Positions 9,356 to 17,317 of a DNA stretch of 24,000 nt are shown in pieces. This DNA is from an uncultured Alkalilimnicola sp. (GTDB lineage Bacteria > Pseudomonadota > Gammaproteobacteria > Nitrococcales > AK92): positions 214,026-238,025 of the forward strand of contig CAYWPG010000001.1 in assembly GCA_964460035.1 (NCBI GenBank), given 5' to 3'. The notes beneath the pieces were generated by a model that saw only the letters and a list, made by a program, of their open reading frames with translations, did no database searches and was not told where the DNA came from. Numbering within the stretch: position 1 is the first letter of the stretch; each line of letters opens with the position of its first letter. Position numbers and translations under genes: made by a program.

Positions 9356-9402
9356 AACTTGCAAGTTGCAATTTGTTGTGAATGCTTGCTGATTGCAAGT
9401 TA
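9356..9402. promoter_or_regulatory. Candidate operator(s) in the cupin/HxlR divergent intergenic region
   Basis: Perfect 12-bp palindrome AACTTGCAAGTT (9356-9367) and a second TTGCAAGT half-related site (9393-9400), both inside the 100-bp AT-rich spacer between the divergent genes. Confidence 0.35.
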
Positions 9403-9428
9403 GAAGTTAAAAGTCGTAAACTTCCTGT

Positions 9429-9800
9429 ATGACCGAATTCCGCTCTACCTGCCCTATTGCATGTACGCTGGACCTCGTCGGAGATCGCTGGACGTTGCTG
9501 ATTCTGCGCGACATGTTCCTAGGCAAGTCGCGCTACGACGAGTTCCTTGCGTCGCCGGAACGCATATCCACCAATATCCTGGCAGACAGGTTGCGCCGCC
9601 TGGAGGCGGCTGGCCTGTTGTGCAAGCGACCCTACGGCCAGCATCGCAAACGCATGTGCTACGAGTTGACGGAACGGGGCAGGAGCTTGGGGCCCGTGCT
9701 GCAGGCCATAGTGCGGTGGGGGCTGGAGAACATTCCGGGCACGGAGCGATTCGCTTTCCACACGCCCGCTGAGGGCGCTAGTCCCGATGCGCAGCAATAG
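9429..9800 (+). CDS. HxlR-family (MarR-like winged-helix) transcriptional regulator
   Basis: CPIACTLDLVGDRWTLLILRDMFLGKSRYDEF......IS.N.LADRL..LE..GL is the canonical HxlR signature. Its 3' end overlaps the convergent Crp/Fnr gene by 23 nt. Confidence 0.85.
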   Translation: MTEFRSTCPIACTLDLVGDRWTLLILRDMFLGKSRYDEFLASPERISTNILADRLRRLEAAGLLCKRPYGQHRKRMCYELTERGRSLGPVLQAIVRWGLENIPGTERFAFHTPAEGASPDAQQ

Positions 9801-10434
9801 TCTGGCGCAGCCGCTCCGGGGCGAGGATGCGGATGCGTCCGCGTTCGAGCCGAACCAGTTCGGCTCGCTCGAACTCTTTAAGCAGACGGCTGACGACTTC
9901 GCGGGCGGTGCCTAGCTCTACGGCAAGGTGCTGATGGGTGGCCTCGATCACGCCGTCGCGATGGCGGGCTAGCAGGCACTGCGCCAGGCGCCGGTCCATG
10001 CGCTGGAAGGCTACCTCTTCTACCAGCAGCATCAGCCAGTCCAATCGGCTGCCGTAACTGGCCATCACGTACCGGCGAAAGTCCGCCGAGGCGTCCATCA
10101 GTTCATCGAACAGGGGAGCGGGCAGCACCACCGCGCGAGTAGGCTCTTCGACAATGGCTTCCGCCCTATAGGGGTGACGGGACATCAGACAGCCTATGGA
10201 TAGCGTGCAGATATCGTCCGCGCCTATGCGGTAAAGCACGATTTGGTTGCCCGATGCGCCTATCATCTGCACCCGCACGCTACCTTCGAGCACCAGGGGC
10301 AAGCCCTGGCAGCGCTCGCCGATACCGAAGACGCGATCCCCCGGCGACAGTTCCACGAGCTGCGCGGTGCGCAGGGCGCTCTCCCGAAGCATGGGCGCCA
10401 GGCTCAGTACGGCCGGATGTCGGATAGCAGTCAT
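9778..10434 (-). CDS. Crp/Fnr-family transcriptional regulator (cNMP-binding-like domain plus C-terminal HTH)
   Basis: 218 aa, with a beta-roll region (LEGSVRVQMIGASGNQIVLYRIGADDIC) and an HTH (THQHLAVELGTAREVVSRLLKEFERAELV). It has no N-terminal FNR-type Cys cluster. Confidence 0.85.
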   Translation of the reverse strand: MTAIRHPAVLSLAPMLRESALRTAQLVELSPGDRVFGIGERCQGLPLVLEGSVRVQMIGASGNQIVLYRIGADDICTLSIGCLMSRHPYRAEAIVEEPTRAVVLPAPLFDELMDASADFRRYVMASYGSRLDWLMLLVEEVAFQRMDRRLAQCLLARHRDGVIEATHQHLAVELGTAREVVSRLLKEFERAELVRLERGRIRILAPERLRQTIAAHRD

Positions 10435-10527
10435 TGTTCAGCACCCCAGCAAACGGCGATCGATAAGAATACCAAACGCGCCTTGCTTTCTTCCCCATGC
10501 GACCCTGTACCGTTCAAGCGGCCGTAG

Positions 10528-10540
10528 GTGACTTTGTCAC
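10528..10540. promoter_or_regulatory. Inverted repeat GTGAC-N3-GTCAC, candidate operator between Crp/Fnr and DUF2892 genes
   Basis: 5-bp arms seen directly, 74 nt upstream of the DUF2892 ATG. The spacing does not match the classical CRP or FNR boxes. Confidence 0.2.
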
Positions 10541-10613
10541 TGAGCGCTGCCGCTGAGGCTGATATACCGTCGGTACTAGCTTTTGGGGCAACGCGTATGG
10601 GGAGGTTGTAGAG

Positions 10614-10805
10614 ATGTTGACTCGTAACGTAGGCGGCTTGGACCGGGTCATCCGAATCATTATCGGCCTTGGGCTGATTTCCTTGGTCTTTATTGGACCC
10701 GCCACGCCGTGGGGGTGGATAGGTCTGCTCCCCCTTGCCACGGCGTTGATCGGTTACTGCCCGGCCTACAAGCCACTGGGCATTAATACTTGCCGCAAGT
10801 GTTGA
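10614..10805 (+). CDS. DUF2892 (YgaP-like) small inner-membrane protein
   Basis: 63 aa. The sequence N.G..DR..R...G..L........W.W.GL.PL.TA..G.CP.Y..LGI.TC is typical of DUF2892. GGGGAGG lies 8 nt upstream of the ATG. Confidence 0.8.
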   Translation: MLTRNVGGLDRVIRIIIGLGLISLVFIGPATPWGWIGLLPLATALIGYCPAYKPLGINTCRKC

Positions 10806-11174
10806 TGCCATTTCTGCTACAGAGCGTTCGCTGGATTAACGATATCCGGCGGTGTTAGGCCTCGAGGGCTGCCGGTGATCGTCGCACCCGGCGAGGTTAC
10901 CGCTGACAGCGACTTGCCGGTAGCTAGGGGTCTGCAAGTAGACTATGCGGCGCTGGAATCGCAGCGCCGAGCTTCGGGGTCAGCATTGGCGCGCCCGGCT
11001 ATGGGACCGCGCCAGCGGTTCGTGGCCGGCGCAAACCCCGTCCATACTGTGACCCATGCACTGTCAACGCAGCATCCAGGATGAAACGATGCTCGCCGCC
11101 CGACAAGGGGCTTTGGCGGTGTGCGAGCCTTTTGCACAAGCTTCAACGAGTAATAAGACCAAGGGAAGATAGTG

Positions 11175-11612
11175 ATGCGTTTTCTGACGACTCTTTTGCT
11201 GGCAGGGGCGGTCGTTTTAGGTTCGGGGCAAGCGCTTGCCGCCGATTGCAAGAGTACCGAACTGTTCGGACACATGGAGCAGCTGCGCGACAATCTGCGC
11301 GAAATCACAGCGGCTGTGCGCGGCAATCGGCTGCCCGCGGCCGCGGAGCGGATGGCCGATGCGATGGCTGCCGTGGAAGCTTCCATACCGCAAACGCCTT
11401 TCGCACTCTCCCGGCGCGGGCTTTCGGGCGAGCAGCTGGAGCAGGCGCAGGCCGAATACCGCACCATCGCCATGGAACTGCGCGAACTCTTCGAGCGCCT
11501 GGAAGGAGCGGTGCAGGCGGGCGATCGAGCGCAGGCGCTGGCGATTTTGAACGATATTAGCGATCTGCGCCGGCGCGGTCACCGCGAGTTCAAAGATAGC
11601 TCCTGCAGCTGA
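11175..11612 (+). CDS. Periplasmic cytochrome b562-like four-helix-bundle protein
   Basis: Signal peptide MRFLTTLLLAGAVVLGSGQALA|AD. GHMEQLRDNL aligns with E. coli b562 DNMETLNDNL (Met axial ligand), and the C-terminal RRRGHREFK aligns with RNAYHKKYR (His ligand). Confidence 0.65.
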   Translation: MRFLTTLLLAGAVVLGSGQALAADCKSTELFGHMEQLRDNLREITAAVRGNRLPAAAERMADAMAAVEASIPQTPFALSRRGLSGEQLEQAQAEYRTIAMELRELFERLEGAVQAGDRAQALAILNDISDLRRRGHREFKDSSCS

Positions 11613-11622
11613 TTTTCCAGAC

Positions 11623-12309
11623 ATGGCCAGTTCTTCTACGACCACGCAGTCCCTGCTAGCGCCTATCCCGGTATGGGATGCGCCGGTGCGCCTGGTGCAC
11701 TGGACGATGGCGCTGTGCTTCGTCGCGTTGATAGTGACCGGCAAGCTGGGCTGGATGCAGGCACACTTCTACGCCGGCTACGGCATGGGCGCCTTGCTCG
11801 TGTTCCGCGTTCTATGGGGCCTGCTGGGTACTCGCTATGCGCGCTTTTCCAGCTTTTGCCTGACGCCGGCGGCGATCGGGAGGTCGCTGGTGGATACGCT
11901 GCGCGGCCGGCCCACCAGCTACCCGGGACATAACCCGGCGGGCGCAGCGATGGTGCTGGCGTTGCTTGCGGTGCTCGGCATGCAGGTTGCCAGCGGACTT
12001 GTCTACACCGATGACGTGTTTTGGTTCGGGCCGTTGTACTTCTATGCCGGCGAAGGCATCCAGAAGTGGGCGGCGCTGCTGCACCCGCAATTGCCGCTGT
12101 TGCTGCTGATCCTCGTAGCGTTGCATGTGCTGGCGGTGCTGTACCATCGGCTGCGCTGCCGCGAGCCCTTGGTCGCCGCAATGCTGCACGGGCGCAAGCC
12201 CTGGCACGATCCAGCTGCAGCACGCGAGCCAATGGGCACCGCGCGGCTCCTGCTGGCGTTGCTGCCGGCTGTAGCTTTCTTCGTTTGGCTGGCGGTGATC
12301 ACGGTGTAG
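11623..12309 (+). CDS. Membrane di-heme cytochrome b (cytochrome b561 / Ni-Fe-hydrogenase b-type subunit family)
   Basis: W....R..HW.....F..L..TG near the N-terminus, four TM helices and conserved His positions (HW, H in GHNPAGA, LHPQ, LH..AVLYH). It starts 10 nt after the b562 stop. Confidence 0.8.
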   Translation: MASSSTTTQSLLAPIPVWDAPVRLVHWTMALCFVALIVTGKLGWMQAHFYAGYGMGALLVFRVLWGLLGTRYARFSSFCLTPAAIGRSLVDTLRGRPTSYPGHNPAGAAMVLALLAVLGMQVASGLVYTDDVFWFGPLYFYAGEGIQKWAALLHPQLPLLLLILVALHVLAVLYHRLRCREPLVAAMLHGRKPWHDPAAAREPMGTARLLLALLPAVAFFVWLAVITV

Positions 12310-12324
12310 TGCGCAGGCGCTGGC

Positions 12325-12382
12325 GGCAGCAAAACCGCAAGGGCCGCAGGCAGACAGGACTGTCCGGCCGCGGTTTGCTGCC
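12325..12382 (+). terminator. Long imperfect hairpin after the cytochrome b gene
   Basis: Outer arms ggcagcaaaaccgc / gcggtttgctgcc, with inner pairs ggccg/cggcc and gacag/ctgtc. It starts 16 nt after the stop codon. No U-tract follows. Confidence 0.35.
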
Positions 12383-12583
12383 GAGCCGCGGCTAGGAAAT
12401 TCTATATCTCGGATCAGGGGAAAAGGATCTGAGTCCCATAGTCGGTGCGATGTTTTACCGGGACAAAGGCGCTCCGGTGGGAGCGGCGTCCTCTATGTGA
12501 ATCTCAACGTCCATCCACACACCCCGGGAAAGTCCTTCGCGTCCAGGGTGCGTTCCCACAGAGGCTGGGTCACCGGTCAGTGA

Positions 12584-12608
12584 TAACCGCTCCCAGCGGG
12601 AGCGGTTA
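12584..12608 (-). terminator. Hairpin overlapping the thiolase stop codon
   Basis: Perfect 11-bp stem taaccgctccc / gggagcggtta with a 3-nt loop. The TAA stop (12606-12608) lies inside the stem. No U-tract follows, so function as a terminator is uncertain. Confidence 0.35.
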
Positions 12609-13796
12609 CTCGACACGCTCTACGATCATCGCGATTCCCTGACCGCCGCCTATACAGAGGGTGGCCAGGCCGTACCGGGCCTGTCGATTCTTCATCGCGT
12701 ACAACAGCGTTACCAGAATACGCGTGCCGCTGGCGCCTATGGGATGGCCGAGGGCTATGGCACCGCCGTGCACGTTGACTTTGCTCATATCGAACCGCAG
12801 CTCGCGGCTTACGGCTACGCATTGTGCAGCGAAGGCTTCGTTCGCCTCGATCAGATCGAGCTGATCGATCTCCAGACCGGCTCTGGAGAGGGCTTTGCGA
12901 GTGGCCGGCACCGGTCCCATGCCCATGACGCTCGGATCTACGCCTGCCCAGGCGTAACTGACAATACGTGCAAGAGGCTTGATTCCCAGTTCCGAAGCCT
13001 TTTCGGCGCTCATGACCACCGTGGCGGCGGCGCCGTCATTGATGCCGGATGCGTTGCCGGCAGTGACACGGCCGCGTTCCTTACGAAATGCGGGATTGAG
13101 GCTGGTCAGCTTGTCGCGAGTGGTGGGGCGGGGGTGTTCGTCGCGCGAGAAGGTAAACGGCTTCTTGGGGTGCTTGACCTCTACCGGCACGATCTCCTCG
13201 TCGAACAGTCCTTGTTCAATGGCTGCGGCAGCCTTCTCCTGGCTGGCGTGGGCAAAGTCGTCCAGCTCCTCCCGGGTCAGGTTGTATTGATCGGCAATGT
13301 TCTCGGCGGTAACGCCCATGTGAACGTCCAGCTCGTAGTCCCAGAGCCCGTCGTGAATCATATGGTCCAGCACCTGCCCGGTGCCCATGCGATAGCCGAA
13401 CCGTGCCTTGGGCAATAGATAAGGGGCGCGGCTCATGTTCTCGGTTCCGCCGGCGACGATGATGTCCGCATCGCCCGCGAGGATGCTCTGGGCCGCCATC
13501 GCCACACTCTTCAGGCCCGAGCCGCAGACCATGTTGATGGTGGTGGCCGGCACTTCCTTAGGGATGCCGGCTTTGAGCAGCACTTGGCGAGCCGTGTTCT
13601 GCCCCAGTCCGGCTTGCAGCACGTTTCCGATCAGCACGTCGTCGACCTGTTCGGGTTTGATGCCGGCACGCCGCATGGCCTCGACGACGGCGTGTCGCCC
13701 CAGCTCGATTGCGGACACTTCGGCCAAGCTCCCGCCAAAGGTGCCAACAGGGGTGCGCACAGCGCTGGCTATTACGACTTCCCTTGTTCCGTTCAT
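12606..13796 (-). CDS. Acetyl-CoA C-acetyltransferase (thiolase II, PhaA/AtoB type)
   Basis: [18 protein letters not shown], the active-site region [11 protein letters not shown], and the C-terminal [17 protein letters not shown]...[10 protein letters not shown]. The ATG at 13796 is preceded by GGAGGA. Confidence 0.95.
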   Translation of the reverse strand: MNGTREVVIASAVRTPVGTFGGSLAEVSAIELGRHAVVEAMRRAGIKPEQVDDVLIGNVLQAGLGQNTARQVLLKAGIPKEVPATTINMVCGSGLKSVAMAAQSILAGDADIIVAGGTENMSRAPYLLPKARFGYRMGTGQVLDHMIHDGLWDYELDVHMGVTAENIADQYNLTREELDDFAHASQEKAAAAIEQGLFDEEIVPVEVKHPKKPFTFSRDEHPRPTTRDKLTSLNPAFRKERGRVTAGNASGINDGAAATVVMSAEKASELGIKPLARIVSYAWAGVDPSVMGMGPVPATRKALSRAGLEIDQLDLIEANEAFAAQCVAVSRELRFDMSKVNVHGGAIALGHPIGASGTRILVTLLYAMKNRQARYGLATLCIGGGQGIAMIVERVE

Positions 13797-13948
13797 GATG
13801 GAATCCTCCCGCAAGGCCGGCTGGCTGTTCTTCGCTGGAGCAAAGAAGTGGGGGCACGATCCGTGATATCGAAGCCGCGCCAGGACCAGATGGCAGAGCG
13901 TTGTTGTATGCTTGCCCCGGACGTTTATGCGAAAAAGGAATCAGTCTT

Positions 13949-15253
13949 ATGAGAAAGCGCTTGCTGGCAGGCTTATGCGTGATCGGCGTAGGTGCCGCTG
14001 TAGGCGTGGCAGCTCCCTTCTATAGCGGCTTGCAGGCGGAGAAGGCCATCACCGGATTCTCGCAGACGCGTGCCGGCGAGGTTCTCATCAGCCACAGCGT
14101 CGATTCGTACCAGCGACATTATGCTTCCGCCTACGCATTGGGGCGGGTGGCGCTGGAGGTGCCTACGCAGGACACTCGCCTGGAGTTGAAGGTAGAGCAC
14201 CGGATAAAGCATGGCCTGATGGGCGCGACGGTGGAGTCTACCTACTTCCCGGCGCAAACACCCGGCGCGCCGGAGCAGTCCGTATGGTCCCGTTTTGACA
14301 CGCGGGGACTGTTTACGACGACGACCCGCGTCGGGCCCCGCGCCACCACAGTGGATGTACGTGTGCCGACTCTGCAAGAGACCACCAGCGAAGGGTTTTT
14401 GCTCGAGACTCGCGAGGCAGCCGGTCGCATGGTCGTAAAGGGCAGGGAACTGGAAGGGGAGTTCCATATGCCGCATCTGCACCTGGCCGAAGCGGGCAGC
14501 AGCCTGACGGTTACCGATCAGTTGCTGACTTTCCGGCTGCAGAATCGCGATGACCCGCTGGGCGCGGCGCGTCTGGATTACGGCATCGATCGCTTCGAGT
14601 TGGTGGACCAGCATGCCGATGTCACGGTGTCCGGATTCGCTATGGCGGTGGAACAGAGCGTCACGAACGCGCTGCTGACTTCAGTGCTGGAGCTGCGGAT
14701 GGCGACGCTGGCCATAGATGGCAACGAAGTCCAGGACCTGACCGCTTCTGTGATGGGCGAGAGCCTGGATCGAGGGCTGCTGGCCGCTGTCATCAAGACC
14801 TACGATAGCGGCGAACGGGTCAGCGCCGCGGAGCTGGAACAGCTGGCCGCTGCGTTCCTTGCGGCATCTCCCGCAGTGAAAGTGAGATTCGCCATGGGGC
14901 CGCAGGGCGCGGAGCGCGCCATGCTGTCCTGGACCCTTGGATATAGTGCCGGCGAAGCGCCCGGCACCAGCCTGAACGACCACCTTGGCCTGCTGACGGG
15001 ATTGCACAGTGAATTGCTGGCGACCTTGAGCGATACCGGTCTGCTCGATATCGCTCGCCTGGGTGGGCAGGTGCTCACGCAGGACGATATCGAACACGTG
15101 CTGGGCATGGCAGTGACCGAAGGGCTTCTGGTGCGCACCGCCACGGGGTACGAAGCAACCGCGAGCCTGGAAAGTGGGAATGTCCTGCTGAATGGGCGCG
15201 CCCGCCCGGAACTCATCTTGATTTTGGCCATGCTGTTCGCCGGCATTCGTTAG
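13949..15253 (+). CDS. DUF945 (YdgA-like) envelope protein
   Basis: N-terminal anchor MRKRLLAGLCVIGVGAAVGVAAPFYSGLQAEKAI and a C-terminal ...SGNVLLNGRARPELILILAMLF, both parallel to E. coli YdgA (..TGKKLE.., ..NGQITLNGQKMSLEDFVGMF). AAGGAA lies upstream of the ATG at 13949. Confidence 0.7.
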   Translation: MRKRLLAGLCVIGVGAAVGVAAPFYSGLQAEKAITGFSQTRAGEVLISHSVDSYQRHYASAYALGRVALEVPTQDTRLELKVEHRIKHGLMGATVESTYFPAQTPGAPEQSVWSRFDTRGLFTTTTRVGPRATTVDVRVPTLQETTSEGFLLETREAAGRMVVKGRELEGEFHMPHLHLAEAGSSLTVTDQLLTFRLQNRDDPLGAARLDYGIDRFELVDQHADVTVSGFAMAVEQSVTNALLTSVLELRMATLAIDGNEVQDLTASVMGESLDRGLLAAVIKTYDSGERVSAAELEQLAAAFLAASPAVKVRFAMGPQGAERAMLSWTLGYSAGEAPGTSLNDHLGLLTGLHSELLATLSDTGLLDIARLGGQVLTQDDIEHVLGMAVTEGLLVRTATGYEATASLESGNVLLNGRARPELILILAMLFAGIR

Positions 15254-15358
15254 GGCTGTGTTCCCCGCATCAGGGGGGACGGGCGAGGGCCGCTGGCTGG
15301 AGGCGCGCCCTCCCCGGTTGCCCTTCTATGCCAAGTGCAGACAAGCTGCTGTAAAGCG

Positions 15359-15384
15359 GAAACGGGGGAGTGCTCCCTTGTTTC
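15359..15384 (+). terminator. Hairpin downstream of the DUF945 gene (plus-strand RNA specific)
   Basis: gaaacgggggag / ctcccttgtttc forms a 12-bp stem with two G-U wobbles. These pair only in the + strand transcript and would be C-A mismatches in the minus transcript. Confidence 0.35.
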
Positions 15385-15433
15385 GTAGTGCCGCTGACCG
15401 CATCCTCCACGGGGCATGGTCAGGAGGCGAGAG

Positions 15434-15784
15434 ATGGTTCGCGGCAGACCTCCACTGTCCATAGTCCGCACTAAAGGCGGGGCGACGGAACTCTCCGGTG
15501 CGCATCAGGGCCGGGCATTCGCGTCTATTCGCAGTCACCGCAGCATCCTCAGCATCGCCAGCGTAGGCAGCATCCTGAGCATTGGTAGCGCCGGTAGCGT
15601 ACTTAGCATAGGTAGTGCGGGCAGCCTTTTGAGCATAGGCAGTGTGGGGAGCGTGCTCAGCGTGGGAAGTGCCGGCAGCCTTCTGGCGCTCCTTTGCGCC
15701 CGCAGCGTTCTCTCGATACTGAGTGCCAACAGTATCCTCAGCGCCTTGCATTGCCGCACCGCCCGCAACCGCTCAAGGCCCTGA
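15434..15784 (+). CDS. Hypothetical nonapeptide-repeat protein (S-[ILV]-L-S-I-G-S-A-G)x8 with basic termini
   Basis: GGAGG (15423-15427) lies 6 nt before the ATG at 15434. Repeat divergence is concentrated in synonymous positions of this frame: the Leu column reads ctc/ctg/ctt/ttg, the Ser columns use both agc and tcg, and the Gly columns read ggc/ggt/ggg/gga. My hand-counted GC3 is about 70% here versus about 52% in the in-register antisense frame. I recognise no family. Confidence 0.45.
   Translation: MVRGRPPLSIVRTKGGATELSGAHQGRAFASIRSHRSILSIASVGSILSIGSAGSVLSIGSAGSLLSIGSVGSVLSVGSAGSLLALLCARSVLSILSANSILSALHCRTARNRSRP
15542..15757. repeat. Degenerate tandem repeat, 27-bp unit x 8
   Basis: Units start at 15542, 15569, 15596, 15623, 15650, 15677, 15704 and 15731. 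The consensus is AGC-nTn-CTn-AGC-ATA-GGn-AGY-GCn-GGC, and the last three units are more diverged. Confidence 0.85.
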
Positions 15785-15796
15785 GGCCGGAAGCCA

Positions 15797-17317
15797 TCAG
15801 CACCAATTGCCCTGCTCCCAGCCATGGGCTCGAATAATCCTATGCAAGGTGCGGCTGATGGCGGTGCAGTTGCGCACCATCTCAATCTTCTCCCAAGCTG
15901 CGAGCTCGCCTTCGCGAATCAGGCGCATCATCTCGTCCCGCGATGGAGGAGCGAGCAGTTGCACGGGATGGTCCCAGCGGTTGCGAAGAAAAATGTTGAT
16001 GTCGGCTGTGTAATCCTGGGCCAGGACACTGTAGCTCAGATGCTGCAGCAAGCTGATGACGGGCGAGTCGATACGAATGTGGTCCCGGCTGAGCTTGAGT
16101 GCTTCTGTGACGGCTCCCTTCAGCAGGCGTGCCTGATAGTTGAAGTAGGTACTCAAAGGGTGATCGGGGCCGTCAGGATCGGGCGTCATCGCCAGCGCGG
16201 CAGGATTGGCCATGCTACAGATGAAGTGGTTGACGCCGTACAGGCGCCCGAGCCGCTTCGCCGGCAAATCGTCCACGAAGGAACCATCGATCCACTGCAT
16301 GCCGGGCAAGTACGGGACGCGTTCGCCGGCCGCATTCTTGCTCATCAGTGTAACCGGGGGGTAAATCCCGTAAACGGCGCACGAGGCCATCACCGCACTG
16401 CGAATATAGACGTTCGGCGCGGTGATGGCATTGAGCAGGCGGGGCGCTTGTCTGGGCGATAATCCGGTAACGGTGATACTGAGGCTGCGTCCCGTTAACT
16501 CACGCGCTTCTTGAAACGTGAGATCGGGGATGATGGAGGCCAGATACTGTTCCAGCCGTTTCGCATCCAGCGACCGCTTGGGCTTGCCCAGTAGGGAGAT
16601 CAGCGGTCGCACAGACGAGCTTTCTTCGATCTCGCGGTGAAGATTGTCGATACTGAGCCGATCACGCAGCTCTTCGTCGGAGTGCGTGCAGGCGACTGCG
16701 GCCAGAATCGAGCCTGCGCTGGAGCCGGAAATGATGCGCGGAAGCAGGTTCTGGTCGAACAGGGCCTTGAGAACACCGGCGTGGAAGAAGCCCAGCACGG
16801 CGCCACCGCTCAGCATCAGCGCTGAGCGGCCATAGCAGTGATCGGCGCGAAGGAAGAAGTCGCGTTTTTCAGCTGCGGGGATGATCGTTTCATCCACTGC
16901 GGCCAGCTCTTCCAGCGCCAGGCAAACCTCCGCAATGTACTGGTGAATCAGCTCCTTGGTGCCGAACATCGCTTTGTTGTACAGCGCGGGCTTGCCCATA
17001 CCGCCCAGGTTGCCGTGAATTCCCTCGTTGAGGATGAACAGCAGCTGGTGGTAGTCGCGGCGGGTGCGTGCGCTGTGAATCGTCTCCAGACGGCTGCGAA
17101 TCAGACGGTAGTCGTATTTGTCGCTGGCTTCTGTTCGTTTCCACTCGTCCAGGCCATGTTCCTGATCGTAGGCAATCGCAAGCTGCGCCCACTCTTCGTA
17201 AGTTTTCGCAGAGCGCAAGGCCTTGGGTATAGCTTTGTAGTGAAACTTGGGAAGGAACATGTTCCAGCTACCCGCCTTTTTCTTCGTAGGAACGCTGTGC
17301 ATTTGGCTAACGCTCAT
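15797..17317 (-). CDS. Patatin-like lipase with N-terminal DUF3336-type region (Tgl3/4/5-like triacylglycerol lipase architecture)
   Basis: Oxyanion region LSGGAVLGFFHAGVLKAL, nucleophile elbow GSSAG (Ser codon 16718-16720) and a dyad Asp in WIDGSF. The N-terminal 160 aa (EWKRTEASDKYDY.LIRSRL..I..AR...DYHQL.F.LNEGIHGNLGG) matches the DUF3336-like leader of TGL-type lipases. The start ATG overlaps the upstream stop (ATGA at 17314-17317). Confidence 0.88.
   Translation of the reverse strand: MSVSQMHSVPTKKKAGSWNMFLPKFHYKAIPKALRSAKTYEEWAQLAIAYDQEHGLDEWKRTEASDKYDYRLIRSRLETIHSARTRRDYHQLLFILNEGIHGNLGGMGKPALYNKAMFGTKELIHQYIAEVCLALEELAAVDETIIPAAEKRDFFLRADHCYGRSALMLSGGAVLGFFHAGVLKALFDQNLLPRIISGSSAGSILAAVACTHSDEELRDRLSIDNLHREIEESSSVRPLISLLGKPKRSLDAKRLEQYLASIIPDLTFQEARELTGRSLSITVTGLSPRQAPRLLNAITAPNVYIRSAVMASCAVYGIYPPVTLMSKNAAGERVPYLPGMQWIDGSFVDDLPAKRLGRLYGVNHFICSMANPAALAMTPDPDGPDHPLSTYFNYQARLLKGAVTEALKLSRDHIRIDSPVISLLQHLSYSVLAQDYTADINIFLRNRWDHPVQLLAPPSRDEMMRLIREGELAAWEKIEMVRNCTAISRTLHRIIRAHGWEQGNWC

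Noticed and set aside
10875-11084. 69-aa plus-strand ORF in the DUF2892/b562 spacer
   Set aside because: It has a GTG start without an SD, no motifs, and a composition that looks non-coding. I treat the region as intergenic.
12744-13418. 224-aa plus-strand ORF; similar long antisense ORFs occur at 13973-14614, 15824-16462, 16838-17539 and 1252-1860
   Set aside because: All of them mirror strongly supported genes on the other strand (thiolase, DUF945, patatin, permease) and have Arg/Gly/Ala-rich junk composition.
15542-15757. Possible CRISPR array
   Set aside because: The units are contiguous with no spacers, are degenerate, and have a period that is a multiple of 3. No cas genes are present.
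15326-15885. Two minus-strand ORFs (15326-15751 and 15535-15885) open across the 27-bp repeat. One gives an Ala-rich AxxAAxxxx repeat that superficially looks like a LEA or apolipoprotein-type sequence.
   Set aside because: Unit-to-unit changes are non-synonymous in these frames but synonymous in the + frame. GC3 is only about 52% in the in-register antisense frame. The 15326-15751 ORF has no SD and runs through the + strand-specific hairpin at 15359-15384. I cannot exclude it completely without expression data.
15797-17317. Patatin protein as a CapV-like effector of a CBASS or other anti-phage system
   Set aside because: There is no cyclase, CD-NTase or other defence partner nearby. The long DUF3336-type N-terminus and the translational coupling to WS/DGAT point to storage-lipid metabolism.
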